Source of the DNA: a bacterium UBA2219
GTDB lineage: Bacteria; Desulfobacterota; Deferrimicrobia; Deferrimicrobiales; Deferrimicrobiaceae
Direction of reading: 5' to 3'
DNA: 64,000 nucleotides
Assembly: GCA_002327765.1 (NCBI GenBank)
Contig: DCUH01000133.1
Location: 58,885 to 122,884 of the forward strand
Shown: positions 18,604 through 27,964 of the stretch, in pieces
Layout of the letters: every line of letters begins with the position of its first letter
Numbering within the stretch: position 1 is the stretch's first letter
Notes under the pieces: model-generated
Told to the model about the DNA's origin: nothing
The model's database searches: none
What the model saw: the letters and a program-made list of their open reading frames with translations, nothing else
Program-made: the position numbers and the translations under genes

Positions 18604-19098
18604 TTGGAACCGAAATGGTACTTGGTCAAGACGAAGGCCCTGAACGAGAACCGGGTGGTCACTCGCCTCCTCGGCGCCGGGTACGAAGTCCTTTTCCCCA
18701 AGATCCGGAAGAAGTCGCGGCGCCACAAGGGCGTCTTCGACGTCCGGCCCCTCTTTCCCACGTATCTCTTCGTCCTTTTCCGCGGGGACGAGCTCAAGAC
18801 CATCAAGTACACCCACGGCGTCGCCCGCGTCATCTGCTTCGGCCTGGAGCCCCAGGAGGTCGATGAAGAGATCATCGTCGCGATCCGGGAGCGGATGGAC
18901 GCCGAAGGGTTCGTCAAGCTCGAGCCGAAGAAGGTCGAACTCGCCCCCGGCCAGAAGGTCAAGATCGGCGAAGGCCCCTTCGCGGGGCTCGACGCCATCT
19001 TCCTCGAGGAGCTTCCCGACCGCGAGCGCGTAGTCCTGCTCCTCGACGCCGTCTCCAGCTATAAGCTGACGATCGGGAAGAGCGACCTGGAGACGTAG
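18604..19098 (+). CDS. NusG-paralog transcription antiterminator (RfaH/UpxY/LoaP-like; NGN + KOW)
   Basis: MEPKWYLVKTKALNENRVVTRL... NGN domain and a C-terminal KOW (GQKVKIGEGPFAGLDAIF). Start chosen at TTG 18604, with a GGGGAG RBS 6 nt upstream. The ORF-track ATG at 18469 would add 45 non-conserved residues. Confidence 0.75.
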   Translation: MEPKWYLVKTKALNENRVVTRLLGAGYEVLFPKIRKKSRRHKGVFDVRPLFPTYLFVLFRGDELKTIKYTHGVARVICFGLEPQEVDEEIIVAIRERMDAEGFVKLEPKKVELAPGQKVKIGEGPFAGLDAIFLEELPDRERVVLLLDAVSSYKLTIGKSDLET

Positions 19099-19238
19099 GC
19101 CCCCTCCGGCTGCGGGCCGGAACACCCCAAAAAAACAGAAAGAACAGCCCCCGGAGGTTGATATGATCAGGGGTACTGTCGCGTCCGGAGAAAATCATCC
19201 TGAACGCCACGGGGGGATCATTTGCCGCTCCCCTTATG

Positions 19239-19250
19239 GGCGGTAGCTTG
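19239..19250 (+). promoter_or_regulatory. ops-like element GGCGGTAGCTTG (consensus GGCGGTAGnnTG) in the leader of the polysaccharide operon
   Basis: Exact match to the 12-nt operon-polarity-suppressor consensus. It lies on the non-template strand, 140 nt downstream of the NusG-paralog gene and 125 nt upstream of the first export gene. Confidence 0.35.
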
Positions 19251-19373
19251 CCCGCCGGCCCGGCAACGCTCTTGTGATCGGAAGCGAAATTGGTAAACTG
19301 GCCCGAACAGCTTGTAAAGCGCCATGAAATAAGGAAAAGGGCGCCCTTCCGGAAGCAGAGGAGGACGAATCTC

Positions 19374-22300
19374 TTGCGGTTCCTGCCCCGCCATCTCTGT
19401 CCCCGTTCTGGTGAAGAACTCATCAACGTCCCGGTTCTGTGGGTCGCTCTCCTTCTCGCGCTCCTCCTGGTGCTTTCTGCGGGCGGGCCCGCCGGCGCGG
19501 CGGAGCCGCTCTCCTCCGGGGTCACTCCCGAGCAGGCGGCCGCGATGCGGCAGCTCGTAGGGTCCGACCCCGAGGCGGCGAAGGCGGTGGAGGAAACGCT
19601 CCGGAGGAAGGCGGAAGAAGCGGAAGGCGGGGGCGGGAGCGCGGCCGGGACGGCGGGCGAGGCGGAAAAGAGGGACCTCTTCGGGGGAAAAGCCGCGCCC
19701 GAAGGGTCGGAGGCCCGGGCCGCGCGGATCGCGGCGGAGCCGCGGTACGACTGGACGAAGTCCACCTACGTCGGCGGGCTCTTCGGGAAGCGACTCACCG
19801 CCCGGGAGCGGGAGACGCTGCCCCATTTCGGGCACGACCTGTTCGCCTTCTCCTCCGTGACGCTGCAACCTCATGAAAACCTGCCGGTTTCGCCGGGATA
19901 CGTCGTCGGGCCGGGCGACGAGATCGTGGTGCGGATGTGGGGGCGCGTCGAGGGGACGCAGCGCATGGTGGTCGACCGCGACGGGAAGATCTTCTTCCCG
20001 AAGTTCGGCTCCCTCTACGTGGCCGGGAAGACCTTCGACGAGGTGCGGGCCTTCCTCATGGGGAAGGTCCAGACGATCGCCGAGGTCAGCTCCGACGTCG
20101 GCCTGGGGCAGATGAAGGGGATCCGCGTCTCCGCGATGGGCGAGGTGCGCTTCCCGGGGTGGTACAGCGTCAGCTCGCTCCACACGGCGATGCAGGCGCT
20201 CTCCGCCGCCGGGGGGATCAAGGACATCGGCTCGCTGCGCCGGATCCTGATCCGGCGCGGGGGAGGCGTGGCCGGGGAGGTCGACCTGTACGATTTCCTC
20301 CTCAAAGGGGACACGCGCGGGGACATCCACCTGCTGCAGGGCGACGTCGTCTTCGTCCCGGTCGTGGGGAAGCTCGCGGCGGTCGCGGGGGAGGTCCGCC
20401 GCCCCGCCATCTACGAGCTGAAGGGGGAGCGGTCGCTGCTCGACCTGATCCGCCTCGCGGGCGGGTTCACCCCGGCGGCCTACAAGCGGCGCGTCCAGGT
20501 GGAGCGGCTCGAGGGGAACACCGCGCGCGTGGTCTTCGACGCCGACGCCGACGCGCTGGAAAAGGGCGGGCACGGCTTCGAGCCGGCCGACGGCGACTTG
20601 GTGCGCGTCTTCCCGATCGTCCTGGCCGAGGAAAACGCGGTCCGTGTCGAGGGGAACGTCCAGCGCCCCGGCCGGTACGAGATGAAGAAGGGCATGACGG
20701 TGGGATCCCTCTTCAAGGGGGAGAAGGAGTTCCTGCCCGACACGTATTTCGACTACGCGCTGATAACCCGCCTCGTGCCTCCCGACCTGCGCAAGGAGGT
20801 CGTCCCGGTCAACCTGCGCGAGATCGTGCTGGAGCGCAAGCCCGGCTCGGACGTGCCCCTCAAATCCCGCGACACGCTGCGGGTGTTCCGCAGGAGCGAG
20901 TTCCGGGACTACCCGAGGGCGTCCATCTCCGGGGAGGTGCGGCTGGTGCGGGCGGGGCTGCTCAAGGAACCGGGGCTCGACAACCAGGCGGAGGAGAGGT
21001 TGCTCCGGGACGAGGCGGGCGGGGAACGGCTCGACGGTCAGGCGTCAGGGCGGGAAGCGGAGCGGCGCGCTGCCGCGTTCCCGGGCGCGGACGGCCTGCG
21101 CTCCGGCATGCGCCCCGTGGATTCCGTCGCCGCCGCCGATCTCCGCGATCGGGAGTTGCGCCGGATGGATCCGCGCAGGGCGGATCCGCCCGACCGGATG
21201 CTCCCCGACAGGGAACGGGACGCCCGCGGCGCGGCGCCCCGGGACGCGAACGGCCGCGACGCCAACCGGCGCGACCCGTCGGCCCGCGAAAGGGCGCTTC
21301 GGGACGCGGCCGACCGCGGCATGGACACCCGCGCCGAGGAGATCCTGAAGGCGGAGGAGCGCGGGGCGGACGTCCGCGACGTGGACGCCCCCAGGGCGGA
21401 GTCCCCCTTCTGGCGCGACGCGGTCTCCTTCGAGATCCACGGCGGGACGCGGGTGGCCGACCTCGTCCGGATGGCGGGCGGCCTCACCCGCATGGCGCAC
21501 CTCGATCGCGCCGAGATCGTCCGCGTGGACGAGAACCGCAACTACCGGACGATCTACTTCCACCTGGGCAAGGCGGTCGCCGGCGACCCGCAGGAGAACA
21601 GGCTCCTGGAAAACGAGGACCAGGTCCGCATCCACTCGGTGCTGGAGATGTCGTCCCGCAAGACGGTGTCCGTCTCGGGCGAGGTGAACCTGCCGGGCGA
21701 CTTCGTCCTCACGGAAGGGATGAAGCTGTCCGACCTGCTGTTCAAGGCCGGCGGTTTCCGGGAGAGCGCCTACCGGAGGGAGGCCGAGCTGGTGCGCCGG
21801 GAGGTCAACGTCCAGGGCGACCTCGTCAAGACGCAGGCGGTGGTCGTCTATCCCGACCGCGCGCTGTCGGGCGACAACACGGCGGACATCCCGTTGAAGG
21901 CCGACGACTACCTCTACGTCCGGCAGATCCCCGACTGGGGCGAGAAGATCGTCGTCACGCTGGCGGGGGAGTTCCGCTTCCCGGGGACCTACGCGGTGGC
22001 GAAAGGCGAGCGGATCAGCTCCGTGATCGAGCGGGCGGGCGGCTACACGACGGGCGCCTACGTGAAGGCCGGCGTCTTCACCCGCGTCTCCACCCGCGAG
22101 GCGCAGCAGCAGGCGATCGACCGGATGATCGAGGAGCTCGAGACCTCGATCGCGGAGAAGGGGCAGGAGGTGGGCGCCGCCCTCGACAAGGAGGACGTCG
22201 AGTCGAACCGGCAGCTTCTCGAGGCCCGAAGGAACCTCGTCTCCCAGCTGCGGAAGCTGAAGGCCCAGGGGCGGGTCATCGTGCGCCTTCGGGACCCCGA

Positions 22301-22715
22301 CGCGATGAAGGGGAGCAGCGACGACATCTTCCTGGAAGACGGCGACCGGCTCTACGTGCCGCAGAAGATGAACGTGGTGAACGTCGTGGGGAGGGTCTAC
22401 AACCCGACTGGCGTCGTCTACGACCCGGCGAACGACACCCTGGGCCATTACCTGAAGAGGGTCGGCGGGCCCGCGGGCAACGCGGACGAGGACAACATCT
22501 TTCTCCTGAAGGCGGACGGCTCGGTGGTGAGCCGCGCCAACGCCGACGGCAACTTCTTCACCGGCGGCTTCATGTCCTCGAAGGTGGAGCCGGGCGACTC
22601 CATCATCGTGCCGCAGAAGCTGTTCGAGGCCCGGGCGATGAAGGACGTGAAGGACCTCATCCAGATCATGTACCAGATCGCCGTGTCGGTAGGCGTGCTG
22701 GTGGTGGCGTTTTAG
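19374..22715 (+). CDS. Polysaccharide export protein, Wza/KpsD-like with Poly_export and multiple SLBB domains (paralog 1, about 1113 aa)
   Basis: Repeated SLBB-type modules (VVGPGDEIVVRMWGRVEG..., GEVRFPGWYSV..., GEVRRPAIYELKGERSLLDLIRLAGG..., GEFRFPGTYAVAKGERISSVIERAGG...). TTG start with an AGGAGGA RBS. Signal-like hydrophobic core WVALLLALLLVLSAGG. Contains an Arg/Asp-rich low-complexity insert of about 140 aa. Confidence 0.85.
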   Translation: MRFLPRHLCPRSGEELINVPVLWVALLLALLLVLSAGGPAGAAEPLSSGVTPEQAAAMRQLVGSDPEAAKAVEETLRRKAEEAEGGGGSAAGTAGEAEKRDLFGGKAAPEGSEARAARIAAEPRYDWTKSTYVGGLFGKRLTARERETLPHFGHDLFAFSSVTLQPHENLPVSPGYVVGPGDEIVVRMWGRVEGTQRMVVDRDGKIFFPKFGSLYVAGKTFDEVRAFLMGKVQTIAEVSSDVGLGQMKGIRVSAMGEVRFPGWYSVSSLHTAMQALSAAGGIKDIGSLRRILIRRGGGVAGEVDLYDFLLKGDTRGDIHLLQGDVVFVPVVGKLAAVAGEVRRPAIYELKGERSLLDLIRLAGGFTPAAYKRRVQVERLEGNTARVVFDADADALEKGGHGFEPADGDLVRVFPIVLAEENAVRVEGNVQRPGRYEMKKGMTVGSLFKGEKEFLPDTYFDYALITRLVPPDLRKEVVPVNLREIVLERKPGSDVPLKSRDTLRVFRRSEFRDYPRASISGEVRLVRAGLLKEPGLDNQAEERLLRDEAGGERLDGQASGREAERRAAAFPGADGLRSGMRPVDSVAAADLRDRELRRMDPRRADPPDRMLPDRERDARGAAPRDANGRDANRRDPSARERALRDAADRGMDTRAEEILKAEERGADVRDVDAPRAESPFWRDAVSFEIHGGTRVADLVRMAGGLTRMAHLDRAEIVRVDENRNYRTIYFHLGKAVAGDPQENRLLENEDQVRIHSVLEMSSRKTVSVSGEVNLPGDFVLTEGMKLSDLLFKAGGFRESAYRREAELVRREVNVQGDLVKTQAVVVYPDRALSGDNTADIPLKADDYLYVRQIPDWGEKIVVTLAGEFRFPGTYAVAKGERISSVIERAGGYTTGAYVKAGVFTRVSTREAQQQAIDRMIEELETSIAEKGQEVGAALDKEDVESNRQLLEARRNLVSQLRKLKAQGRVIVRLRDPDAMKGSSDDIFLEDGDRLYVPQKMNVVNVVGRVYNPTGVVYDPANDTLGHYLKRVGGPAGNADEDNIFLLKADGSVVSRANADGNFFTGGFMSSKVEPGDSIIVPQKLFEARAMKDVKDLIQIMYQIAVSVGVLVVAF
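19392..19443 (+). repeat. Copy C of the ~50-nt repeat family, overlapping the 5' end of the first export gene
   Basis: CATCTCTGTCCCCGTTCTGGTGAAGAACTCATCAACGTCCCGGTTCTGTGGG. Confidence 0.6.
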
Positions 22716-22724
22716 GGAGACGGG

Positions 22725-23612
22725 ATGAAAATGAAATCCACTCCGTATCCCGTTGGGGATGAAATCACCGTGGGAGATCTCCTGGAGAGACTGCGCGGCA
22801 ACTGGTTGAAGATCGTCCTGCTGTCGGCGGCGGCGGGAATCTTGACGTACATCGTGTTGCTTGCGAAGCCGAATGTCTACCGGACGACGGCCGTCATCGC
22901 TCCCGCTGTCGAGGAAAAGAGGACGAACTCGACCATCGGGGCGCTCGCATCGATCGGCATGGAGATTGGAAGTCCGAACAGGCTGGAAGATCTGGAGACC
23001 CTCTTCAAGAGCAAAGATCTCTCCGTGCGTGTGTTCGGGAAGCACGACCTCTGGTCGATCGTGCTCGGAGACCGGTTCAATCACGCAACGGGTAAGATCC
23101 GGGGCCGATGGACGGACCTGACGGAGAAGGGGGGAAGATCGCCTTCGGAATGGGATGCCATACGCACAGCGGAGAAGCGGCTGACCATATCCATCAACAA
23201 GAGGAGCGGCACGCTTTCCGTTTCGTTCGATGCGCCCTCCCCGGAAGGGTCCGCGAAAATCGTGGGGTATTACCTCGATGAAGGGAAAAGTCGATTACAG
23301 GAAGAGGCGCTGGGGCGCGCGATCATGAACAAGAAGTTCATCGAGGAGCAGATAGCGAAAACCCACGATGCGTTGACGCGTGACCGGCTCTATTCCCTGT
23401 ACAGCCAGGAGGTCGAGCGGGAGATGATGGGGCGGAACCGGGAGCAGTTCGGGTTCCGGATCATCGACACGCCACGTGTTCCGGACAGGAAGGTGCATCC
23501 CGGGAAGGTGTCCGCGGTTATCGCGGCCTATTGCATCGTCTTCTTCATAGGGTGCGTGTTTTTCGCCCTTCGTGGGAACGGGAGGGGGCGGGGAACGGAA
23601 GTACCGAGGTAG
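22725..23612 (+). CDS. Polysaccharide co-polymerase / chain-length determinant (Wzz-like; no kinase domain)
   Basis: N-terminal TM (WLKIVLLSAAAGILTYIVLL), a periplasmic coiled region, and a C-terminal TM (VSAVIAAYCIVFFIGCVFFAL). 295 aa. Confidence 0.75.
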   Translation: MKMKSTPYPVGDEITVGDLLERLRGNWLKIVLLSAAAGILTYIVLLAKPNVYRTTAVIAPAVEEKRTNSTIGALASIGMEIGSPNRLEDLETLFKSKDLSVRVFGKHDLWSIVLGDRFNHATGKIRGRWTDLTEKGGRSPSEWDAIRTAEKRLTISINKRSGTLSVSFDAPSPEGSAKIVGYYLDEGKSRLQEEALGRAIMNKKFIEEQIAKTHDALTRDRLYSLYSQEVEREMMGRNREQFGFRIIDTPRVPDRKVHPGKVSAVIAAYCIVFFIGCVFFALRGNGRGRGTEVPR

Positions 23613-23651
23613 CCATAAGGCCGCTACCTCGCGGAATCCCGGTTTCTGCGC

Positions 23652-24917
23652 GTGGGGAAAGATCTCTATATGTACCACGCATTGAACGCCAGCCAAGTGG
23701 CGTTGGGCGTGGTTTTCCATTTCCTCCTCGCGAGGCGGTTCGGGGCGGGGGCGGAAACGGATGTGTTTTTCCTGTCAGCCGTCGTCATAGGATTCCTTTC
23801 CCTAATAGGATCGCTTTTTTCGGAGATGTTCCTCCAGCACTACTGCAAGCTGCTGGCCCGGGATACCGGGAACGCGGAGGAATTCTACCAGGCGGCATTT
23901 ACTCATTCCATCCTTCTCGGCGCGATCAGCATCGCTTTCGGTAACTCGTTTTTCCACCTGATAACGGGGCTGTTTGCTCCTGGTTTTGATGATGGCCGGG
24001 CTTCGCTTTTCCGTGATTTCTTTTTTCTTCACAGCGGGACCTTGTTGCTTTCCCGCGCAGTCGGTTTGAACAATTCACTTCTGAACGCCCACATGCGATT
24101 CTTTCTCCCGTATTTCCTGTCCGTCGTCCTTCAAGCGATAAACATCATCTTCCTGGTCGCTTTTTCCGACCGTTGGGGAATCCGCGCGCTGGCGGCAGGA
24201 TCGGTCACCGGGGTCCTGGTTTCCTTCGGGATACAGGCGCTGGCTGTCCCGCGCCTAGTCGGCGTCCGGATGAGGATCCGCCTGTGGCATCCCTCTATAC
24301 GGCCCATGGCGGCGAGCAGCGTGTCTCTGCGTCTCGGGTACCAGGTCTGGGGTCTCAGGGATCTCATCACCGCGAATGTACTTTCCAGGCTCCCCGCCGG
24401 ATCCGTCAGCGAATTTTTCTATGCGATGAGGATCGTCTCCATCTTGTTTACCGTTACCAGCTCCCCGATCCTCCAGATCTTCCAATCGAAGGCGTCCCAC
24501 CTTGCTGCCGAGGAGAGGGCAAAGGACATCCTCCCGTTGGCGCGTCAGGCGATCCTGAAAAACGTTCTGTTGTTCTCCGCGGCCGCCCTGGTCACGGCCG
24601 TTCTCCTTCCGGAGGCGCTTCATCGTCTGTTCCGGGAGGCGATGAGCCCGGATTCGATGGATTCCATCTATTATCTGTTCCTGGCGTTCGTTCCCGTGTA
24701 CGTAATTATGGCCGTCGAGGCGCCCTACCTCCAGACGGTGATCGCCATGGTGCGCGGCGACGTAGTATTCTGGATCTCCACCGTCTTCATCACGGTTTAT
24801 TTCTTGGGAGTCCAGGCGATGGGAGTCTCTCGGGGTCCGTTCGGCCTCGTTGTGAGCATGGCGGTGGCGCAGGCGGTGAATCTCCTTTTGTATGCCCGTT
24901 TCGTCGAGCAACGGTAA
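23652..24917 (+). CDS. MOP-superfamily polysaccharide flippase (Wzx-like)
   Basis: 421 aa with about 12 predicted TM helices and polysaccharide biosynthesis protein topology. Confidence 0.75.
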   Translation: MGKDLYMYHALNASQVALGVVFHFLLARRFGAGAETDVFFLSAVVIGFLSLIGSLFSEMFLQHYCKLLARDTGNAEEFYQAAFTHSILLGAISIAFGNSFFHLITGLFAPGFDDGRASLFRDFFFLHSGTLLLSRAVGLNNSLLNAHMRFFLPYFLSVVLQAINIIFLVAFSDRWGIRALAAGSVTGVLVSFGIQALAVPRLVGVRMRIRLWHPSIRPMAASSVSLRLGYQVWGLRDLITANVLSRLPAGSVSEFFYAMRIVSILFTVTSSPILQIFQSKASHLAAEERAKDILPLARQAILKNVLLFSAAALVTAVLLPEALHRLFREAMSPDSMDSIYYLFLAFVPVYVIMAVEAPYLQTVIAMVRGDVVFWISTVFITVYFLGVQAMGVSRGPFGLVVSMAVAQAVNLLLYARFVEQR

Positions 24918-25860
24918 TGCCGTCTCCTTTCATCAGCGTCGTCATCAACTCGTATAACTACGCCGAATTCGTCGCGCAGGCAGTCCAAAGCGTCCTTGCC
25001 CAGCGGTTCCCGCCGTCCGACCGGGAGATCTTGATGATTGATGACGGTTCTTCGGACGGCACAGGGAAGGTGATGGCGGCATATGCGGGCAGCGTACGGT
25101 ACATACGGAAGGAAAACGGGGGCCAGGCTCTGCATTGAACCTGGGCTCGGCAATGGCTCGCTGGGAGATCGTCTGCCTGCTGGATGCGGACAACTGGTTC
25201 TACACCGACAAGCTTGCGGCCGTGGCCGAAAAATTCCGCCGCGAGCCGGAAACCGGGGTCGTCTACAACCGGTTCGATATCATCGACAAGGACGGGTTGA
25301 TCCGGCATGCCGCCGTTCCCCGTCGGCTCATCGAGGGCGATTTGTCGGCGCTCGTTCGAATCTGGCGTGCGCCGGGTTCACCTACTTCCGGGATATCGGT
25401 CCGCCGCGAGATCTTGAAGAGGATTCCGGTCCCCGAATCATCGTTCCGAATCTGCGCGGACTCCTTCTTCCCGGTTATCCTCCCCCTCGTCGCAAACGTC
25501 GGCGTCCTCAATGAAACGTTGCACGCATACCGGGTCCACGACCGAAACGGCTACCTTGGTAAAGCGGAAGAGCAGCGATTGGAAATCCACAGGGTTCAAT
25601 GGAATGTCTTGCAAAGATACGCGACAGATCTCGGCTACCCGTTGTTCGACGCGTTCAGGACAATCGAAAGGGCGCGAGGATTTCAGGAACGAAAGGAGAA
25701 TTTCTTTCGGGGAGCGAGGTTCCTCAAGGCGATGGAAGGGTCCCGCGGGCTTCGGGCATGGACTTTCGCGAAGCTCGTGCTTGCCACCATCTTCCCGCCG
25801 GATGGTGTTTCCTTCCTTCGTCGTTTCCGCCAGCGGATGAGTAGGGAATCAGGATTTTGA
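24917..25860 (+). pseudogene. GT2 glycosyltransferase disrupted by a -1 frameshift in a G5 tract (25118-25122)
   Basis: Frame A gives MPSPFISVVINSYNYAEFVAQAVQSVLAQRFPPSDREILMIDDGSSDGTGKV...ENGGQALH*. The -1 frame continues as NLGSAMARWEIVCLLDADNWF...(DAD motif). Adding one G would restore a contiguous ENGGPGSALNLGSAMARWEIVCLLDADN GT2 core. Confidence 0.7.
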
Positions 25861-25878
25861 ACGGATATCGATAAGGCA

Positions 25879-27174
25879 ATGACCAATATCCGACCGGTAG
25901 CCATCGCGGGGCGGCAGAGGGTCCACGGACTGGCGCTTCCCTGCTTGTACCAGCTGGAAATTCTGGATATCGCCGCCTTCCTCGTGCCCGTCACGCGGTT
26001 CATCGAAATCAGCCTGGTCGGGAGGCTCTTCCTGACGGATGTGCTGCTGGCGTGCATCCTCCTCCTGCTGTTGCCGGCCCGAGGGAAACGGCTTCGCGAG
26101 CGTCTTCCGTTGACGTTCCTTCTGCTGGCGCTTCTCTGGTTATCTGGGCAGCTGGCGGCGGACATTGTCCGGCAGGCGGAATTTCGGGATTATGCAAGGG
26201 GATGGTCGAAGATCCTGTTCACCATGATCAATTTCAGCGCGCTTTATCTGATGCTGGTCGGGAACAGGCGCCGCCTGATTCTGTACGCCGGCGGCTTGGC
26301 GGCAGGAGGGCTGGCGACGTATCTCTTCAACCCGAGCGTCTTCGCCGAAGGCCTGCCGTGGAAATTCGGATACGGGGAGTCCGTCACCTGGCTGATGGCG
26401 CTGTTAGCGACATTGCTTGCCGTCAACGGAAAAACCGGCCTGTATGCCGCGTGCACGGTCCTGGCGTCTTCTGCGGTCCTGAACCTGTCGATGGGCTTCC
26501 GAAGCCTTGGCGGAATCTGCTTCTTGTCATCCTGTTACCTGTTCCTCCTGGCTCGCTGGGGGGATGGGCTTGCAAAAGGGGGCGGTCTGCGAAGAATCCT
26601 GGTCGTCGGGGGGGCGCTGGCAATTTCCGGAGCGCTCGTTTATGCGGCATACGGACACGCGGCCCGCTCCGGATGGCTCGGCGAAAACGAACTGGGGAAA
26701 TTCGAGTCTCAGCTCTTGGGGAAGTACGGATTACTGCTCGGGGGTCGCGGCGAGGTGCTTGCGGCCGGCCGGGCCATCTACGATTCGCCGCTGCTAGGTC
26801 ATGGATCGTGGGCGAAGAATTACGATTATTCGTATTTTTATTATGAGCTGATGCGGCGGTCGGGCTATGTCGTGGAGGGGGAGGTCGAGGATGGACTGAT
26901 CCCCTCTCATTCCCACCTGCTGGGGGCGTGGGTCGAGGCTGGATTGGCGGGAGCCTTGTTCTGGATTTGGGTCCTGAGTCTTCCTGCTCGCGTAATGTTC
27001 GGTGTGTACGGAAAGGTGTTCCGATTGGCGCCGTTGGCGGTGCTCTTTGCCTTATTGTTGATCTGGGATGTGCTCTTTTCCCCGTATGGGGCGGCGCAGC
27101 GCTTTGTGACGCCATACTATGTCGTTTTCATGATGAGTTGCTTGTGTGTGAAGCATCCGGGAGGGGTGGATTGA
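25879..27174 (+). CDS. O-antigen ligase/polymerase-family membrane protein (Wzy-like)
   Basis: 431 aa with about 10-12 TM helices and a large periplasmic loop, as in Wzy_C/O-antigen ligase proteins. Lies in the cluster next to the flippase. Confidence 0.6.
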   Translation: MTNIRPVAIAGRQRVHGLALPCLYQLEILDIAAFLVPVTRFIEISLVGRLFLTDVLLACILLLLLPARGKRLRERLPLTFLLLALLWLSGQLAADIVRQAEFRDYARGWSKILFTMINFSALYLMLVGNRRRLILYAGGLAAGGLATYLFNPSVFAEGLPWKFGYGESVTWLMALLATLLAVNGKTGLYAACTVLASSAVLNLSMGFRSLGGICFLSSCYLFLLARWGDGLAKGGGLRRILVVGGALAISGALVYAAYGHAARSGWLGENELGKFESQLLGKYGLLLGGRGEVLAAGRAIYDSPLLGHGSWAKNYDYSYFYYELMRRSGYVVEGEVEDGLIPSHSHLLGAWVEAGLAGALFWIWVLSLPARVMFGVYGKVFRLAPLAVLFALLLIWDVLFSPYGAAQRFVTPYYVVFMMSCLCVKHPGGVD

Positions 27175-27953
27175 AATTTTCAATAGTCACGTTGTCATTC
27201 AATCAGGGGAAATTTCTGGAAGAAGCGATCCTTTCCGTCATTCGACAGGATTATCCTGATATTGAATATATAATTGTGGACCCTGGATCCACGGATGGAA
27301 GCAGAGAAATAATAGAAAAATACAGAAGGAGTATTGCAAAGATCATATTCGAGGAGGACAACGGGCCTGCAGACGGCTTAAACAAAGGATTCCGGGCTGC
27401 GAAAGGAGATATTCTCGGATATATCAATGCCGATGATTATTACGAGCCCGCCGCTTTCACGCATGTTGCCGAAATATTTAAAAACAAACAGGATGTTGCT
27501 GTCGTTAATGGGGCGATCAGGATCGTTGACGGCCGTGGGCGGGCGAAATGGCGTAGGCGGATGTCCGACGCATTCGACCTGGAAAATTTCGCGGAAGGAA
27601 TGTGCTGGGTCGGCCAACAAGCCACATTTTTCCGGAAGACCGTTTTTGGCAACCCGGTAACGTTCAACTCGGGAAACAGGACCTGCTGGGATGCGGAATT
27701 TCTTGTGGACCTGGCATTAAATGGTTGCTTGTTTCACCGGCATCCAAAAGTATTGGGAAATTTCCGGGTCCATGAAGGATCGATCACCGGGTCGGGGCGT
27801 TTAGAGTCGCTCTATCGACAGGATATCGATCGAATCCGGAAAATCATTAGCAGGAGTATAACTAGACGGCGCCCCGGATACGTCAATGCCCTGTTGCGCG
27901 TGATGTACAAGTTCGACATCCGGCGCCAATTCATGAACTACACCGTCAGATGA
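27171..27953 (+). CDS. Glycosyltransferase family 2
   Basis: KFSIVTLSFNQGKFLEEAILSVIRQDYPDIEYIIVDPGSTDGS...INADDYY (DxD). TTG start overlapping the upstream stop (gaTTGAaa). Confidence 0.8.
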   Translation: MKFSIVTLSFNQGKFLEEAILSVIRQDYPDIEYIIVDPGSTDGSREIIEKYRRSIAKIIFEEDNGPADGLNKGFRAAKGDILGYINADDYYEPAAFTHVAEIFKNKQDVAVVNGAIRIVDGRGRAKWRRRMSDAFDLENFAEGMCWVGQQATFFRKTVFGNPVTFNSGNRTCWDAEFLVDLALNGCLFHRHPKVLGNFRVHEGSITGSGRLESLYRQDIDRIRKIISRSITRRRPGYVNALLRVMYKFDIRRQFMNYTVR

Positions 27954-27964
27954 AGGAAAGGTCC

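Noticed and set aside
14881-19443. CRISPR array as an explanation for the repeated ~50-nt element
   Set aside because: Only four copies in two places, one inverted. There are no unique spacers of regular length. Copies differ at about 15-20% of positions, and no cas genes are in the window.
25111-25140. Programmed ribosomal frameshifting at the G5 tract of the GT2 gene
   Set aside because: There is no slippery heptamer or downstream structure typical of programmed -1/+1 sites. A simple 1-nt deletion, whether a mutation, phase variation or a read error, explains it.
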